Below are positions 1-11,700 of a stretch of 64,000 nucleotides of DNA, piece after piece. The notes under the pieces are model-generated. The model made no database searches. It saw only the letters and a program-made list of their open reading frames with translations, and had not been told where the DNA came from. Where the stretch lies: the NCBI RefSeq assembly GCF_009914755.1, contig NC_060927.1; one strand, given 5' to 3'. A program made the position numbers and the translations under genes. Numbering within the stretch: position 1 is the first letter of the stretch; every line of letters starts with the position of its first letter. Source of the stretch: the human T2T-CHM13v2.0 reference genome, Homo sapiens.

Positions 1-46
1 ACTCAGTTTCTGAGAATGCTTCTGACTAGATTTTATGGTCAGATAT

Positions 47-63
47 TTCCTTTTCTACCGTAG
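47..63 (+). promoter_or_regulatory. pJ-alpha-like motif of an A-type monomer (representative)
   Basis: TTCCTTTTCTACCGTAG is one mismatch from the recalled pJ-alpha consensus TTCCTTTTYCACCRTAG. It sits at the position where B-type monomers carry the CENP-B box. Confidence 0.6.
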
Positions 64-388
64 GCTTCAATGCCCTCGAAATACACCCTTGCAAATTCTA
101 CAAAGAGACTGTTTAATAACTGCTCTATAGGAAGAAAGGTTGAACTCTGTGAGTTGAATGCAGAGATCACAACGTGGTTTCGGCGAATGATTCTTCGTAG
201 TTTTTACATGAAGATATTTCGTTGTCTACCGTAGGCTTCAAAGCACTCAAAGTATTCACTTGGAACTTTTACAAAAAGAGTGTTAGAAAACTGCTCTTTC
301 AAAGTAAGGTTCAACTCTGTGAGTTGAATGCACACATAACAAACAAGAAGTTTCTGAGAATTCTTCTGTCCTGGTTTATATGAAAAAA

Positions 389-405
389 TCCCGTTTCCAA
401 CGAAG
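389..405 (-). promoter_or_regulatory. CENP-B box 1 (recurs every 2,890 bp)
   Basis: TCCCGTTTCCAACGAAG = reverse complement of CTTCGTTGGAAACGGGA. Confidence 0.95.
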
Positions 406-727
406 GCCTCAAAGACGTTTAAATATCCACTTGCAGACTTCACAAACAGAGTGTTTCCAAACTGCTCTATGAAAAGAAAGGTTAAACTCTGTGAGTTGAA
501 TGCACACATCACAAAGTAGTTTCTGAGAATGATACTGTCTAGTTTTTATACGAAGAGATTTCCTTTCCTACCATTGGCGTCAAAGCGCTAGAATTCTCCA
601 CTTGCAAATTCCACAAAAAGAGGGTTTCCAATCTGCTCTGCCTAAAGGCAGGTTCAACTCTGTGAGTTGAATACACACACACAAGGAAGCTACTGAGAAT
701 TCTTTTGTCAAGAATTATAAGAAGAAA

Positions 728-744
728 TCCCGTTTCCAACGAAG
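728..744 (-). promoter_or_regulatory. CENP-B box 2
   Basis: TCCCGTTTCCAACGAAG, canonical. Confidence 0.95.
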
Positions 745-1066
745 GCCTCAAAGAGTTCCAAATATCCACTTGCACACTGTACAAACTAAGTCTTTCCAAA
801 CTGCTCTATGCAAAGAAATGTTCAACCCTGTGAGTTTAATGCACACATCACAAAGCAGTTTCTGAGAATGATTCCCTCTAGTTTTTATACGAAGATAGCC
901 TTTTCTACCATTGGCCTCAAGGCTCTTGGAATCTCCACCTGAAAATTCCGCAAAAAGCGTGTTTCCAATGCGCTCTGTCTAAAGGAAGGTTCAACTCTCT
1001 GAGTTGAATACATACATCCCAAAAGAAGTTACTGAGAATTCTTCTGTCTAGCATTATGTGAAGAAA

Positions 1067-1083
1067 TCCCGTTTCCAACGAAA
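1067..1083 (-). promoter_or_regulatory. CENP-B box 3
   Basis: TCCCGTTTCCAACGAAA = reverse complement of TTTCGTTGGAAACGGGA; matches YTTCGTTGGAARCGGGA. Confidence 0.93.
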
Positions 1084-1407
1084 GCCTCAAAGAGGTCCTA
1101 ATATCCAGTTGCAGAATTTACAAACTGACTGTTTCCAAACTCATCTATGAAAAGAAAGGTTAAACCCTGTGAGTTGAACGAACATATCACAAAGTAGTTC
1201 CTGAGAATGATTCTGTCTAGTTTTTATACGAAGATATTTCCTTTTCCACCAATGGCCTCAAAGTGCTTGAAATCTCCCCTTGCAAATTCCACAGAAAAGT
1301 GTTTCAAATCTGCACTGTCTGAAGGAAGGTTCAACCCTGTGAGTTGAACACACACACACAGAAAAAAATTCACTGAGAATTCTATTGTCTATCATTACAC
1401 GAAGAAA

Positions 1408-1424
1408 TCCCGTTTACTACGAAG
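1408..1424 (-). promoter_or_regulatory. CENP-B box 4, variant (CTTCGTAGTAAACGGGA)
   Basis: TCCCGTTTACTACGAAG has two changes, both at N positions of the NTTCGNNNNANNCGGGN core, so the nine essential bases are retained. Confidence 0.8.
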
Positions 1425-1746
1425 GCCTCAAAGAGGTCCAAATATCCAGCTGCAGACATTACAAACTGAGTGTTTCCAAAGTGCTCTATGAAAAGAAGTG
1501 TTAAACACTGTGAGTTCAATGCACACATCCCAAAGCAGTTTCTGAGAATGATTCCGTCTATTTTTTCTACGAAGATATTTCCTTTTCTACCGTTGGCCTC
1601 AAAGCGCTTGAAATCTCCACTTGCAAATTCCACGAAAAGAGAGTTTCAAATCTGCTCTGTCTAAAGGAAGGTTCAACTCTGTGAGTTGAATACACACCAC
1701 AAAAAGAAGTTACTGAGAATTCTTCTGTCTAGCATTATATGAAAAA

Positions 1747-1763
1747 TCCCGTTTCCAACGAAG
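1747..1763 (-). promoter_or_regulatory. CENP-B box 5
   Basis: TCCCGTTTCCAACGAAG, canonical. Confidence 0.95.
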
Positions 1764-2084
1764 GCCACAAAGAGGTCCAAATATCCACTTGCAGATTCTG
1801 CAAAAAGAGTGTTTCCGAACTGCTCTATGAAAAGAAACGTTAAACTCTGTGAGTTGAACGCAAACATCACAAAGTAGTTTCTGAGAATGACTCCGTCTAG
1901 TTTTTATACGAAGATATTTCCTTTTCTACCGTTGGCCTCAAAGCGCTTGAAGTCTCCCCCTGAAAATTCCACAAAAAGTGTTTCCAATCTGCTCCGCCTA
2001 AAGGAAGCTTCAGCTCTGTGAGTTGAATACCCACAACCCAAAGAAGTTACTGAGAATTCTTCTGTCTAGCATTACATGAAGAAA

Positions 2085-2101
2085 TCCCGTTTCCAACGAA
2101 G
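2085..2101 (-). promoter_or_regulatory. CENP-B box 6
   Basis: TCCCGTTTCCAACGAAG, canonical here; mutated in HOR copies 5 and 7. Confidence 0.95.
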
Positions 2102-2423
2102 GCCTCAAATACATCCAGATATCCAGTTGCTGACTTTACAAACTGAGTGTTTCCAAACTGCTCTATGAAAGGAAAGGTTAAACACTGTGAGTTGAACACA
2201 CACGTACCAAAGTAGTTTCTGAGAATGATTCTGTCTAGTTTGCATACGAAGATATTTCCTTTTCTACCATTGGCCTCAAAGCTTTGAAATCTCCACTTGC
2301 AAATTCCACAAAAAGAGAGTTTCAAATCTGCTGATTCTAAAGAAAAGTTCAACTCTGAGAGTTGAATACACACCAGAAAAAGCAGTTACTGAGAAGTCTT
2401 CTGTCTAGCATTATATGAAGAAA

Positions 2424-2440
2424 TCCCGTTTCCAACGAAG
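2424..2440 (-). promoter_or_regulatory. CENP-B box 7 (intact only in HOR copy 1)
   Basis: TCCCGTTTCCAACGAAG here; TCCCATTTCCAA... in copies 2-22 (e.g. A5318). Confidence 0.9.
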
Positions 2441-2764
2441 ACTTCAAAGAGGTCCAAATATCCACTTGCAGATTCTGCAAAAAGAGTGTTTCGAAACAAC
2501 TGTATGAAAAGAAAGGTTAAACGCTGTGAGTTGAAGGCACACATTGCAAAGCAGTTTCTGAGAATGATTCCGTCTAATTATTATACGAAGGTATTTCCTT
2601 TTCTATCATGGGCCTCAAAGCGCTTGATACCTCCACCTGAAAATTCCACAAAAAGAGTGTTTCCAATCTACTCTGTCTAAAGGAACGTTCAACTCTGTGA
2701 GTTGAATACACACACACAGAAAGAATTCACTGAGAGTTCTTCTGTCTGGCATTACATGAAGAAA

Positions 2765-2781
2765 TCCCGTTTCCAACGAAG
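2765..2781 (-). promoter_or_regulatory. CENP-B box 8
   Basis: TCCCGTTTCCAACGAAG, canonical here; mutated in copies 2, 5, 7 and 22. Confidence 0.95.
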
Positions 2782-2889
2782 GCCTCAAAGAGGTCCAAAT
2801 ATCCACTTGCAGATTCTGCAAAAAGAGTGTTTCAAAACCCCTCCATGAAAAGGAATGTTGAACTCTGTGAGTTGAATGCAAACATCACA

Positions 2890-5779
2890 ACTCAGTTTCT
2901 GAGAATGCTTCTGACTAGATTTTATGGTCAGATATTTCCTTTTCTACCGTAGGCTTCAATGCCCTCTAAATACACCCTTGCAAATTCTACAAAGAGACTG
3001 TTTAATAACTGCTCTATAGGAAGAAAGGTTGAACTCTGTGAGTTGAATGCAGAGATCACAACGTGGTTTCGGCGAATGATTCTTCGTAGTTTTTACATGA
3101 AGATATTTCGTTGTCTACCGTAGGCTTCAAAGCACTCAAAGTATTCACTTGGAACTTTTACAAAAAGAGTGTTAGAAAACTGCTCTTTCCAAAGTAAGGT
3201 TCAACTCTGTGAGTTGAATGCACACTTAACAAACAAGAAGTTTCTGAGAATTCTTCTGTCCTGGTTTATATGAAAAAATCCCGTTTCCAACGAAGGCCTC
3301 AAAGACGTTTAAATATCCACTTGCAGACTTCACAAACAGAGTGTTTCCAAACTGCTCTATGAAAAGAAAGGTTAAACTCTGTGAGTTGAACGCACACATC
3401 ACAAAGTAGTTTCTGAGAATGATACTGTCCAGTTTTTATACGAAGATATTTCCTTTCCTACCATTGGCGTCAAAGCGCTAGAATTCTCCACTTGCAAATT
3501 CCACAAAAAGAGGGTTTCCAATCTGCTCTGCCTAAAGGCAGGTTCAACTCTGTGAGTTGAATACACACACACAAAGAAGCTACTGAGAATTCTTTTGTCA
3601 AGAATTATAAGAAGAAATCCCGTTTCCAACGAAGGCCTCAAAGAGTTCCTAATATCCACTTGCAGACTGTACAAACTAAGTCTTTCCAAACTGCTCTATG
3701 CAAAGAAATGTTCAACCCTGTGAGTTTAATGCACACATCACAAAGCAGTTTCTGAGAATGATTCCCTCTAGTTTTTATACGAAGATAGCCTTTTCTACCA
3801 TTGGCCTCAAGGCTCTTGGAATCTCCACCTGAAATTTCCGCAAAAAGCGTGTTTCCAATGCGCTCTGTCTAAAGGAAGGTTCAACTCTCTGAGTTGAATA
3901 CATACATCCCAAAAGAAGTTACTGAGAATTCTTCTGTCTAGCATTATGTGAAGAAATCCCGTTTCCAACGAAAGCCTCAAAGAGGTCCTAATATCCAGTT
4001 GCAGAATTTACAAACTGACTGTTTCCAAACTCATCTATGAAAAGAAAGGTTAAACCCTGTGAGTTGAACGCACATATCACAAATTAGTTCCTGAGAATGA
4101 TTCTGTCTAGTTTTTATACGAAGATATTTCCTTTTCCACCAATGGCCTCAAAGTGCTTGAAATCTCCCCTTGCAAATTCCACAGACAAGTGTTTCAAATC
4201 TGCACTGTCTGAAGGAAGGTTCAACCCTGTGAGTTGAATACACACACACATAAAAAAATTCACTGAGAATTCTATTGTCTATCATTACACGAAGAAATCC
4301 CGTTTACTACGAAGGCCTCAAAGAGGTCCAAATATCCAGCTGCAGACATTACAAACTGAGTGTTTCCAAAGTGCTCTATGAAAAGAAGTGTTAAACACTG
4401 TGAGTTCAATGCACACATCCCAAAGCAGTTTCTGAGAATGATTCCGTCTATTTTTTCTACGAAGATATTTCCTTTTCTACCGTTGGCCTCAAAGCGCTTG
4501 AAATCTCCACTTGCAAATTCCACGAAAAGAGAGTTTCAAATCTGCTCTGTCTAAAGGAAGGTTCAACTCTGTGAGTTGAATACACACCACAAAAAGAAGT
4601 TACTGAGAATTCTTCTGTCTAGCATTATATGAAAAATCCCGTTTCCAACGAAGGCCACAAAGAGGTCCAAATATCCACTTGCCGATTCTGCAAAAAGAGT
4701 GTTTCCAAACTGCTCTATGAAAAGAAACGTTAAACTCTGTGAGTTGAACGCAAACATCACAAAGTAGTTTCTGAGAATGACTCCGTCTAGTTTTTATACG
4801 AAGATATTTCCTTTTCTACCGTTGGCCTCAAAGCGCTTGAAGTCTCCCCCTGAAAATTCCACAAAAAGTGTTTCCAATCTGCTCTGCCTAAAGGAAGCTT
4901 CAGCTCTGTGAGTTGAATACCCACAACCCAAAGAAGTTACTGAGAATTCTTCTGTCTAGCATTACATGAAGAAATCCCGTTTCCAACGAAGGCCTCAAAT
5001 ACATCCAGATATCCAGTTGCTGACTTTACAAACTGAGTGTTTCCAAACTGCTCTATGAAAGGAAAGGTTAAACACTGTGAGTTGAACACACACGTACCAA
5101 AGTAGTTTCTGAGAATGATTCTGTCTAGTTTGCATACGAAGATATTTCCTTTTCTACCATTGGCCTCAAAGCTTTGAAATCTCCACTTGCAAATTCCACA
5201 AAAAGAGAGTTTCAAATCTGCTGTTTCTAAAGGAAAGTTCAACTCTGAGAGTTGAATACACACCAGAAAAAGCAGTTACTGAGAAGTCTTCTGTCTAGCA
5301 TTATATGAAGAAATCCCATTTCCAACGAAGACTTCAAAGAGGTCCAAATATCCACTTGCAGATTCTGCAAAAAGAGTGTTTCGAAACAACTGTATGAAAA
5401 GAAAGTTTAAACGCTGTGAGTTGAAGGCACACATTGCAAAGCAGTTTCTGAGAATGATTCCGTCTAATTATTATACGAAGGTATTTCCTTTTCTATGATG
5501 GGCCTCAAAGCGCTTGATACCTCCACCTGAAAATTCCACAAAAAGAGTGTTTCCAATCTACTCTGTCTAAAGGAACGTTCAACTCTGTGAGTTGAATACA
5601 CACACACAGAAAGAATTCACTGAGAGTTCTTCTGTCTGGCATTACATGAAGAAATCCCGTTTCCAATGAAGGCCTCAAAGAGGTCCAAATATCCACTTGC
5701 AGATTCTGCAAAAAGAGTGTTTCAAAACCGCTCCATGAAAAGGAATGTTGAACTCTGTGAGTTGAATGCAAACATCACA
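2890..5779 (-). repeat. HOR copy 2, reference 17-mer unit
   Basis: TGAGAAT-type anchors at 2900, 3071, 3245, 3414, 3584, 3753, 3923, 4092, 4264, 4433, 4604, 4772, 4941, 5110, 5280, 5449, 5621, 5790 give 17 monomers of 168-174 bp summing to 2,890. Confidence 0.95.
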
Positions 5780-8700
5780 ACTCAGTTTCTGAGAATGCTT
5801 CTGACTAGATTTTATGGTCAGATATTTCCTTTTCTACCGTAGGATTCAATGCCCTCTAAATACACCCTTGCAAATTCTACAAAGAGACTGTTTAATAACT
5901 GCTCTATAGGAAGAAAGGTTGAACTCTGTGAGTTGAATGCAGAGATCACAACGTGCTTTCGGCGAATGATTCTTTGTAGTTTTTACATGAAGATATTTCG
6001 TTGTCAACCGTAGGCTTCAAAGCACTCAAAGTATTCACTTGGAACTTTTACCAAAAGAGTGTTAGAAAACTGCTCTTTCCAAAGTAACGTTCAACTCTGT
6101 GAGTTGAATGCACACTTAACAAACAAGAAGTTTCTGAGAATTCTTCTGTCCTGGTTTATATGAAAAAATCCCGTTTCCAACGAAGGCCTCAAAGACGTTT
6201 AAATATCCACTTGCAGACTTCACAAACAGAGTGTTTCCAAACTGCTCTATGAAAAGAAAGGTTAAACTCTGTGAGTTGAACGCACACATCACAAAGTAGT
6301 TTCTGAGAATGATACTGTCCAGTTTTTATACGAAGATATTTCCTTTCCTACCATTGGCGTCAAAGCGCTAGAATTCTCCACTTGCAAATTCCACAAAAAG
6401 AGGGTTTCCAATCTGCTCTGCCTAAAGGCAGGTTCAACTCTGTGAGTTGAATACACACACACAAAGAAGCTACTGAGAATTCTTTTGTCAAGAATTATAA
6501 GAAGAAATCCCGTTTCCAACGAAGGCCTCAAAGAGTTCCTAATATCCACTTGCAGACTGTACAAACTAAGTCTTTCCAAACTGCTCTATGCAAAGAAATG
6601 TTCAACCCTGTGAGTTTAATGCACACATCACAAAGCAGTTTCTGAGAATGATTCCCTCTAGTTTTTATACGAAGATAGCCTTTTCTACCATTGGCCTCAA
6701 GGCTCTTGGAATCTCCACCTGAAATTTCCGCAAAAAGCGTGTTTCCAATGCGCTCTGTCTAAAGGAAGGTTCAACTCTCTGAGTTGAATACATACATCCC
6801 AAAAGAAGTTACTGAGAATTCTTCTGTCTAGCATTATGTGAAGAAATCCCGTTTCCAACGAAAGCCTCAAAGAGGTCCTAATATCCAGTTGCAGAATTTA
6901 CAAACTGACTGTTTCCAAACTCATCTATGAAAAGAAAGGTTAAACTCTGTGAGTTGAACGCACATATCACAAATTAGTTCCTGAGAATGATTCTGTCTAG
7001 TTTTTATACGAAGATATTTCCTTTTCCACCAATGGCCTCAAAGTGCTTGAAATCTCCCCTTGCAAATTCCACAGACAAGTGTTTCAAATCTGCACTGTCT
7101 GAAGGAAGGTTCAACCCTGTGAGTTGAATACACACACACATAAAAAAATTCACTGAGAATTCTATTGTCTATCATTACACGAAGAAATCCCGTTTACTAC
7201 GAAGGCCTCAAAGAGGTCCAAATATCCAGCTGCAGACATTACAAACTGAGTGTTTCCAAAGTGCTCTATGAAAAGAAGTGTTAAACACTGTGAGTTCAAT
7301 GCACACATCCCAAAGCAGTTTCTGAGAATGATTCCGTCTATTTTTTCTACGAAGATATTTCCTTTTCTACCGTTGGCCTCAAAACGCTTGAAATCTCCAC
7401 TTGCAAATTCCACGAAAAGAGAGTTTCAAATCTGCTCTGTCTAAAGGAAGGTTCAACTCTGTGAGTTGAATAAACACCACAAAAAGAAGTTACTGAGAAT
7501 TCTTCTGTCTAGCATTATATGAAAAATCCCGTTTCCAACGAAGGCCACAAAGAGGTCCAAATATCCACTTGCCGATTCTGCAAAAAAAGTGTTTCCAAAC
7601 TGCTCTATGAAAAGAAACGTTAAACTCTGTGAGTTGAACGCAAACATCACAAAGTAGTTTCTGAGAATGACTCCGTCTAGTTTTTATACGAAGATATTTC
7701 CTTTTCTACCGTTGGCCTCAAAGCGCTTGAAGTCTCCACCTGAAAATTCCACAAAAAGTGTTTCCAATCTGCTCCGCCTAAAGGAAGCTTCAGCTCTGTG
7801 AGTTGAATACCCGCAACCCAAAGAAGTTACTGAGAATTCTTCTGTCTAGCATTACATGAAGAAATCCCGTTTCCAACGAAGGCCTCAAATACATCCAGAT
7901 ATCCAGTTGCTGACTTTACAAACTGAGTGTTTCCAAACTGCACTATGAAAGGAAAGGTTAAACACTGTGAGTTGAACACACACGTACCAAAGTAGTTTCT
8001 GAGAATGATTCTGTCTAGTTTGCATACGAAGATATTTCCTTTTCTACCATTGGCCTCAAAGCTTTGAAATCTCCACTTGCAAATTCCACAAAAAGAGAGT
8101 TTGAAATCTGCTGTTTCTAAAGGAAAGTTCAACTCTGAGAGTTGAATACACACCAGAAAAAGCAGTTACTGAGAAGTCTTCTGTCTAGCATTATATGAAG
8201 AAATCCCATTTCCAACGAAGACTTCAAAGAGGTCCAAATATCCACTTGCAGATTCTGCAAAAAGAGTGTTTCGAAACAACTGTATGAAAAGAAAGATTAA
8301 ACGCTGTGAGTTGAAGGCACACATTGCAAAGCAGTTTCTGAGAATGATTCCGTGTAATTATTATACGAAGGTATTTCCTTTTCTATCATGGGCCTCAAAG
8401 CGCTTGATACCTCCACCTGAAAATTCCACAAAAAGAGTGTTTCCAATCTACTCTGTCTAAAGGAACGTTCAACTCTGTGAGTTGAATACACACACACAGA
8501 AAGAATTCACTGAGAGTTCTTCTGTCTGGCATTACATGAAGAAATCCCGTTTCCAACGAAGGCCTCAAAGAGGTCCAAATATTCACTTGCAGATTCTGCA
8601 AAAAGAGTGTTTCAAAACCGCTCCATGAAAAGGAGTGTTGAACTCTGTGAGTTGAATGCAAACATCACAACTCAGTTTCTGAGAATGCTTCTGACTAGAT

Positions 8701-11700
8701 TTTATGGTCAGATATTTCCTTTTCTACCGTAGGCCTCAATGCCCTCTAAATACACCCTTGCAAATTCTACAAAGAGACTGTTTAATAACTGCTCTATAGG
8801 AAGAAAGGTTGAACTCTGTGAGTTGAATGCAGAGATCACAACGTGGTTTCTGCGAATGATTCTTTGTAGTTTTTACATGAAGATATTTCGTTGTCTACCG
8901 TAGGCTTCAAAGCACTCAAAATATTCACTTGGAACTTTTACAAAAACAGTGTTAGAAAACTGCTCTTTCCAAAGTAAGGTTCAACTCTGTGAGTTGAATG
9001 CACACATAACAAACAAGAAGTTTCTGAGAATTCTTCTGTCCTGGTTTATATGAAAAAATCCCGTTTCCAACGAAGGCCTCAAAGACGTTTAAATATCCAC
9101 TTGCAGACTTCACAAACAGAGTGTTTCCAAACTGCTCTATGAAAAGAAAGGTTAAACTCTGTGAGTTGAACGCACACATCACAAAGTAGTTTCTGAGAAT
9201 GATAGTGTCTAGTTTTTATACGGAGATATTTCCTTTCCTACCATTGGCGTCAAAGCGCTAGAATTCTCCACTTGCAAATTCCACAAAAAGTGGGTTTCCA
9301 ATCTGCTCTGCCTAAAGGAAGGTTCAACTCTGTGAGTTGAATACACACACACAAAGAAGCTACTGAGAATTCTTTTGTCAAGAATTATAAGAAGAAATCC
9401 CGTTTCCAACGAAGGCCTCAAAGAGTTCCAAATATCCACTTGCACACTGTACAAACTAAGTCTTTCCAAACTGCTCTATGCAAAGAAATGTTCAACTCTG
9501 TGAGTTTAATGCACACATCACAAAGCAGTTTCTGAGAATGATTCCCTCTAGTTTTTATACGAAGATAGCCTTTTCTACCATTGGCCTCAAGGCTCTTGGA
9601 ATCTCCACCTGAAAATTCCGCAAAAAGCGTGTTTCCAATCCGCTCTGTCTAAAGGAAGGTTCAACTCTCTGAGTTGAATACATACATCCCAAAAGAAGTT
9701 ACTGAGAATTCTTCTGTCTAGCATTATGTGAAGAAATCCCGTTTCCAACGAAAGCCTCAAAGAGGTCCAAATATCCAGTTGCAGAATTTACAAACTGACT
9801 GTTTCCAAACTCATCTATGAAAAGAAAGGTTAAACTCTGTGAGTTGAATGCACATATCACAAAGTAGTTCCTGACAATGACTCTGTCTAGTTTTTATACG
9901 AAGATATTCCCTTTTCCACCAATGGCCACAAAGTGCTTGAAATCTCCCCTTGCAAATTCCACAGAAAAGTGTTTCAAATCTGTACTGTCTGAAGGAAGGT
10001 TCAACCCTGTGAGTTGAATACACACACACAGAAAAAAATTCACTGAGAATTCTATTGTCTATCATTACCCGAAGAAATCCCGTTTACTACGAAGGCCTCA
10101 AAGAGGTCCAAATATCCAGCTGCAGACATTCCAAACTGACTGTTTCCAAAGTGCTCTATGAAAAGAAGTGTTAAACACTGTGAGTTCAATGCACACATCC
10201 CAAAGCAGTTTCTGAGAATGATTCCGTCTATTTTTTCTACGAAGATATTTCCTTTTCTACCGTTGGCCTCAAAGCGCTTGAAATCTCCACTTGCAAATTC
10301 CACAAAAAGAGAGTTTCAAATCTGCTCTGTCTAAAGGAAGGTTCAACTCTGTGAGTTGAATACACACCACAAAAAGAAGTTACTGAGAATTCTTCTGTCT
10401 AGCATTATATGAAAAATCCCGTTTCCAACGAAGGCCACAAAGAGGTCCAAATATCCACTTGCAGATTCTGCAAAAAGAGTGTCTCCAAACTGCTCTATGA
10501 AAAGAAACGTTAAACTCTGTGAGTTGAACGCAAACATCACAAAGTAGTTTCTGAGAATGACTCCGTCTAGTTTTTATACGAAGATATTTCCTTTTCTACC
10601 GTTGGCCTCAAAGCGCTTGAAGTCTCCCCCTGAAAATTCCACAAAAAGTGTTTCCAATCTGCTCCGCCTAAAGGAAGCTTCAACTCTGTGAGTTGAATAC
10701 CCACAACACAAAGAAGTTACTGAGAATTCTTCTGTCTAGCATTATATGAAGAAATCCCGTTTCCAACGAAGGCCTCAAATACATCCAAATATCCAGTGGC
10801 TGACTTTACAAACTGAGTGTTTCCAAGCTGCTCTATGAAAGGAAAGGTTAAACACTGTGAGTTGAACACACACGTACCAAAGTAGTTTCTGAGAATGATT
10901 CTGTCTAGTTGGCATACGAAGATATTTCCTTTTCTACCATTGGCCTCAATGCTTTGAAATCTCCACTTGCAAATTCCACAAAAAGAGAGTTTCATATCTG
11001 CTGTTTCTAAAGGAAAGTTCAACTCTGAGAGTTGAATACACACCAGAAAAACCAGTTACTGAGAAGTCTTCTGTCTAGCATTATATGAAGAAATCCCATT
11101 TCCAACGAAGACTTCAAAGAGGTCCAAATATCCACTTCCAGATTCCGCAAAAAGGGTGTTTCGAAACAACTGTATGAAAAGAAAGGTTAAACACTGTGAG
11201 TTGAAGGCACACATTGCAAAGCAGTTTCTGAGAATGATTCCATCTAATTATTATACGAAGGTATTTCCTTTTCTATCATGGGCCTCAAAGCGCTTGATAC
11301 CTCCACGTGAACATTCCACAAAAAGAGTGTTTCCAATCTACTCTGTCTAAGGGAACGTTCAACTCTGTGAGTTGAGTACACACACACAGAAAGAATTCAC
11401 TGAGAGTTCTTCTGTCTGGGATTACATGAAGAAATCCCGTTTCCAACGAAGGCCTCAAAGAGGTCCAAATATCCACTTGCAGATTCTGGAAAAAGAGTGT
11501 TTCAAAACCGCTCTATGAAAAGGAATGTTGAACTCTGTGAGTTGAATGCAAACATCACAACTCAGTTTCTGAGAATGCTTCTGACTAGATTTTATGGTCA
11601 GATATTTCCTTTTCTACCGTAGGCCTCAATGCCCTCTAAATACACCCTTGCAAATTCTACAAAGAGACTGTTTAATAACTGCTCTATAGGAAGAAAGGTT

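Larger units (their letters stand above)
1..2889 (-). repeat. HOR copy 1 (2,889 bp; haplotype A; 1-bp deletion; all 8 CENP-B boxes intact)
   Basis: ACTCAGTTTCTGAGAATGCTT starts at 1 and again at 2890. CTCTTTC-AAAG at ~300 versus CTCTTTCCAAAG/CTCTTTCCGAAG in all other copies. The phase is arbitrary (set by the window start). Confidence 0.95.
1..9205. repeat. HOR haplotype A block (more heterogeneous copies 1-3 and start of copy 4)
   Basis: Alleles ATCATTACAC, ACAAACTGAG, CACGAAAAGA, ACATCCAGAT, TGCATACG, GATTCTGCAAAAAGAG, TCTGGC, CTCCATG. Confidence 0.85.

Noticed and set aside
204-512. Extended 102-aa ORF unique to copy 1
   Set aside because: It is produced by the 1-bp deletion at ~300, which shifts the frame past a stop; this is incidental.
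1348-1360. (CA)n microsatellite-like tract (also ~673-683 and ~2708-2718)
   Set aside because: These are short 5-6 unit tracts intrinsic to specific monomers and invariant in length across copies.
11304-11309. CACGTG E-box as a functional regulatory element
   Set aside because: A 6-mer created by one SNV with no promoter context; useful only as a haplotype marker.
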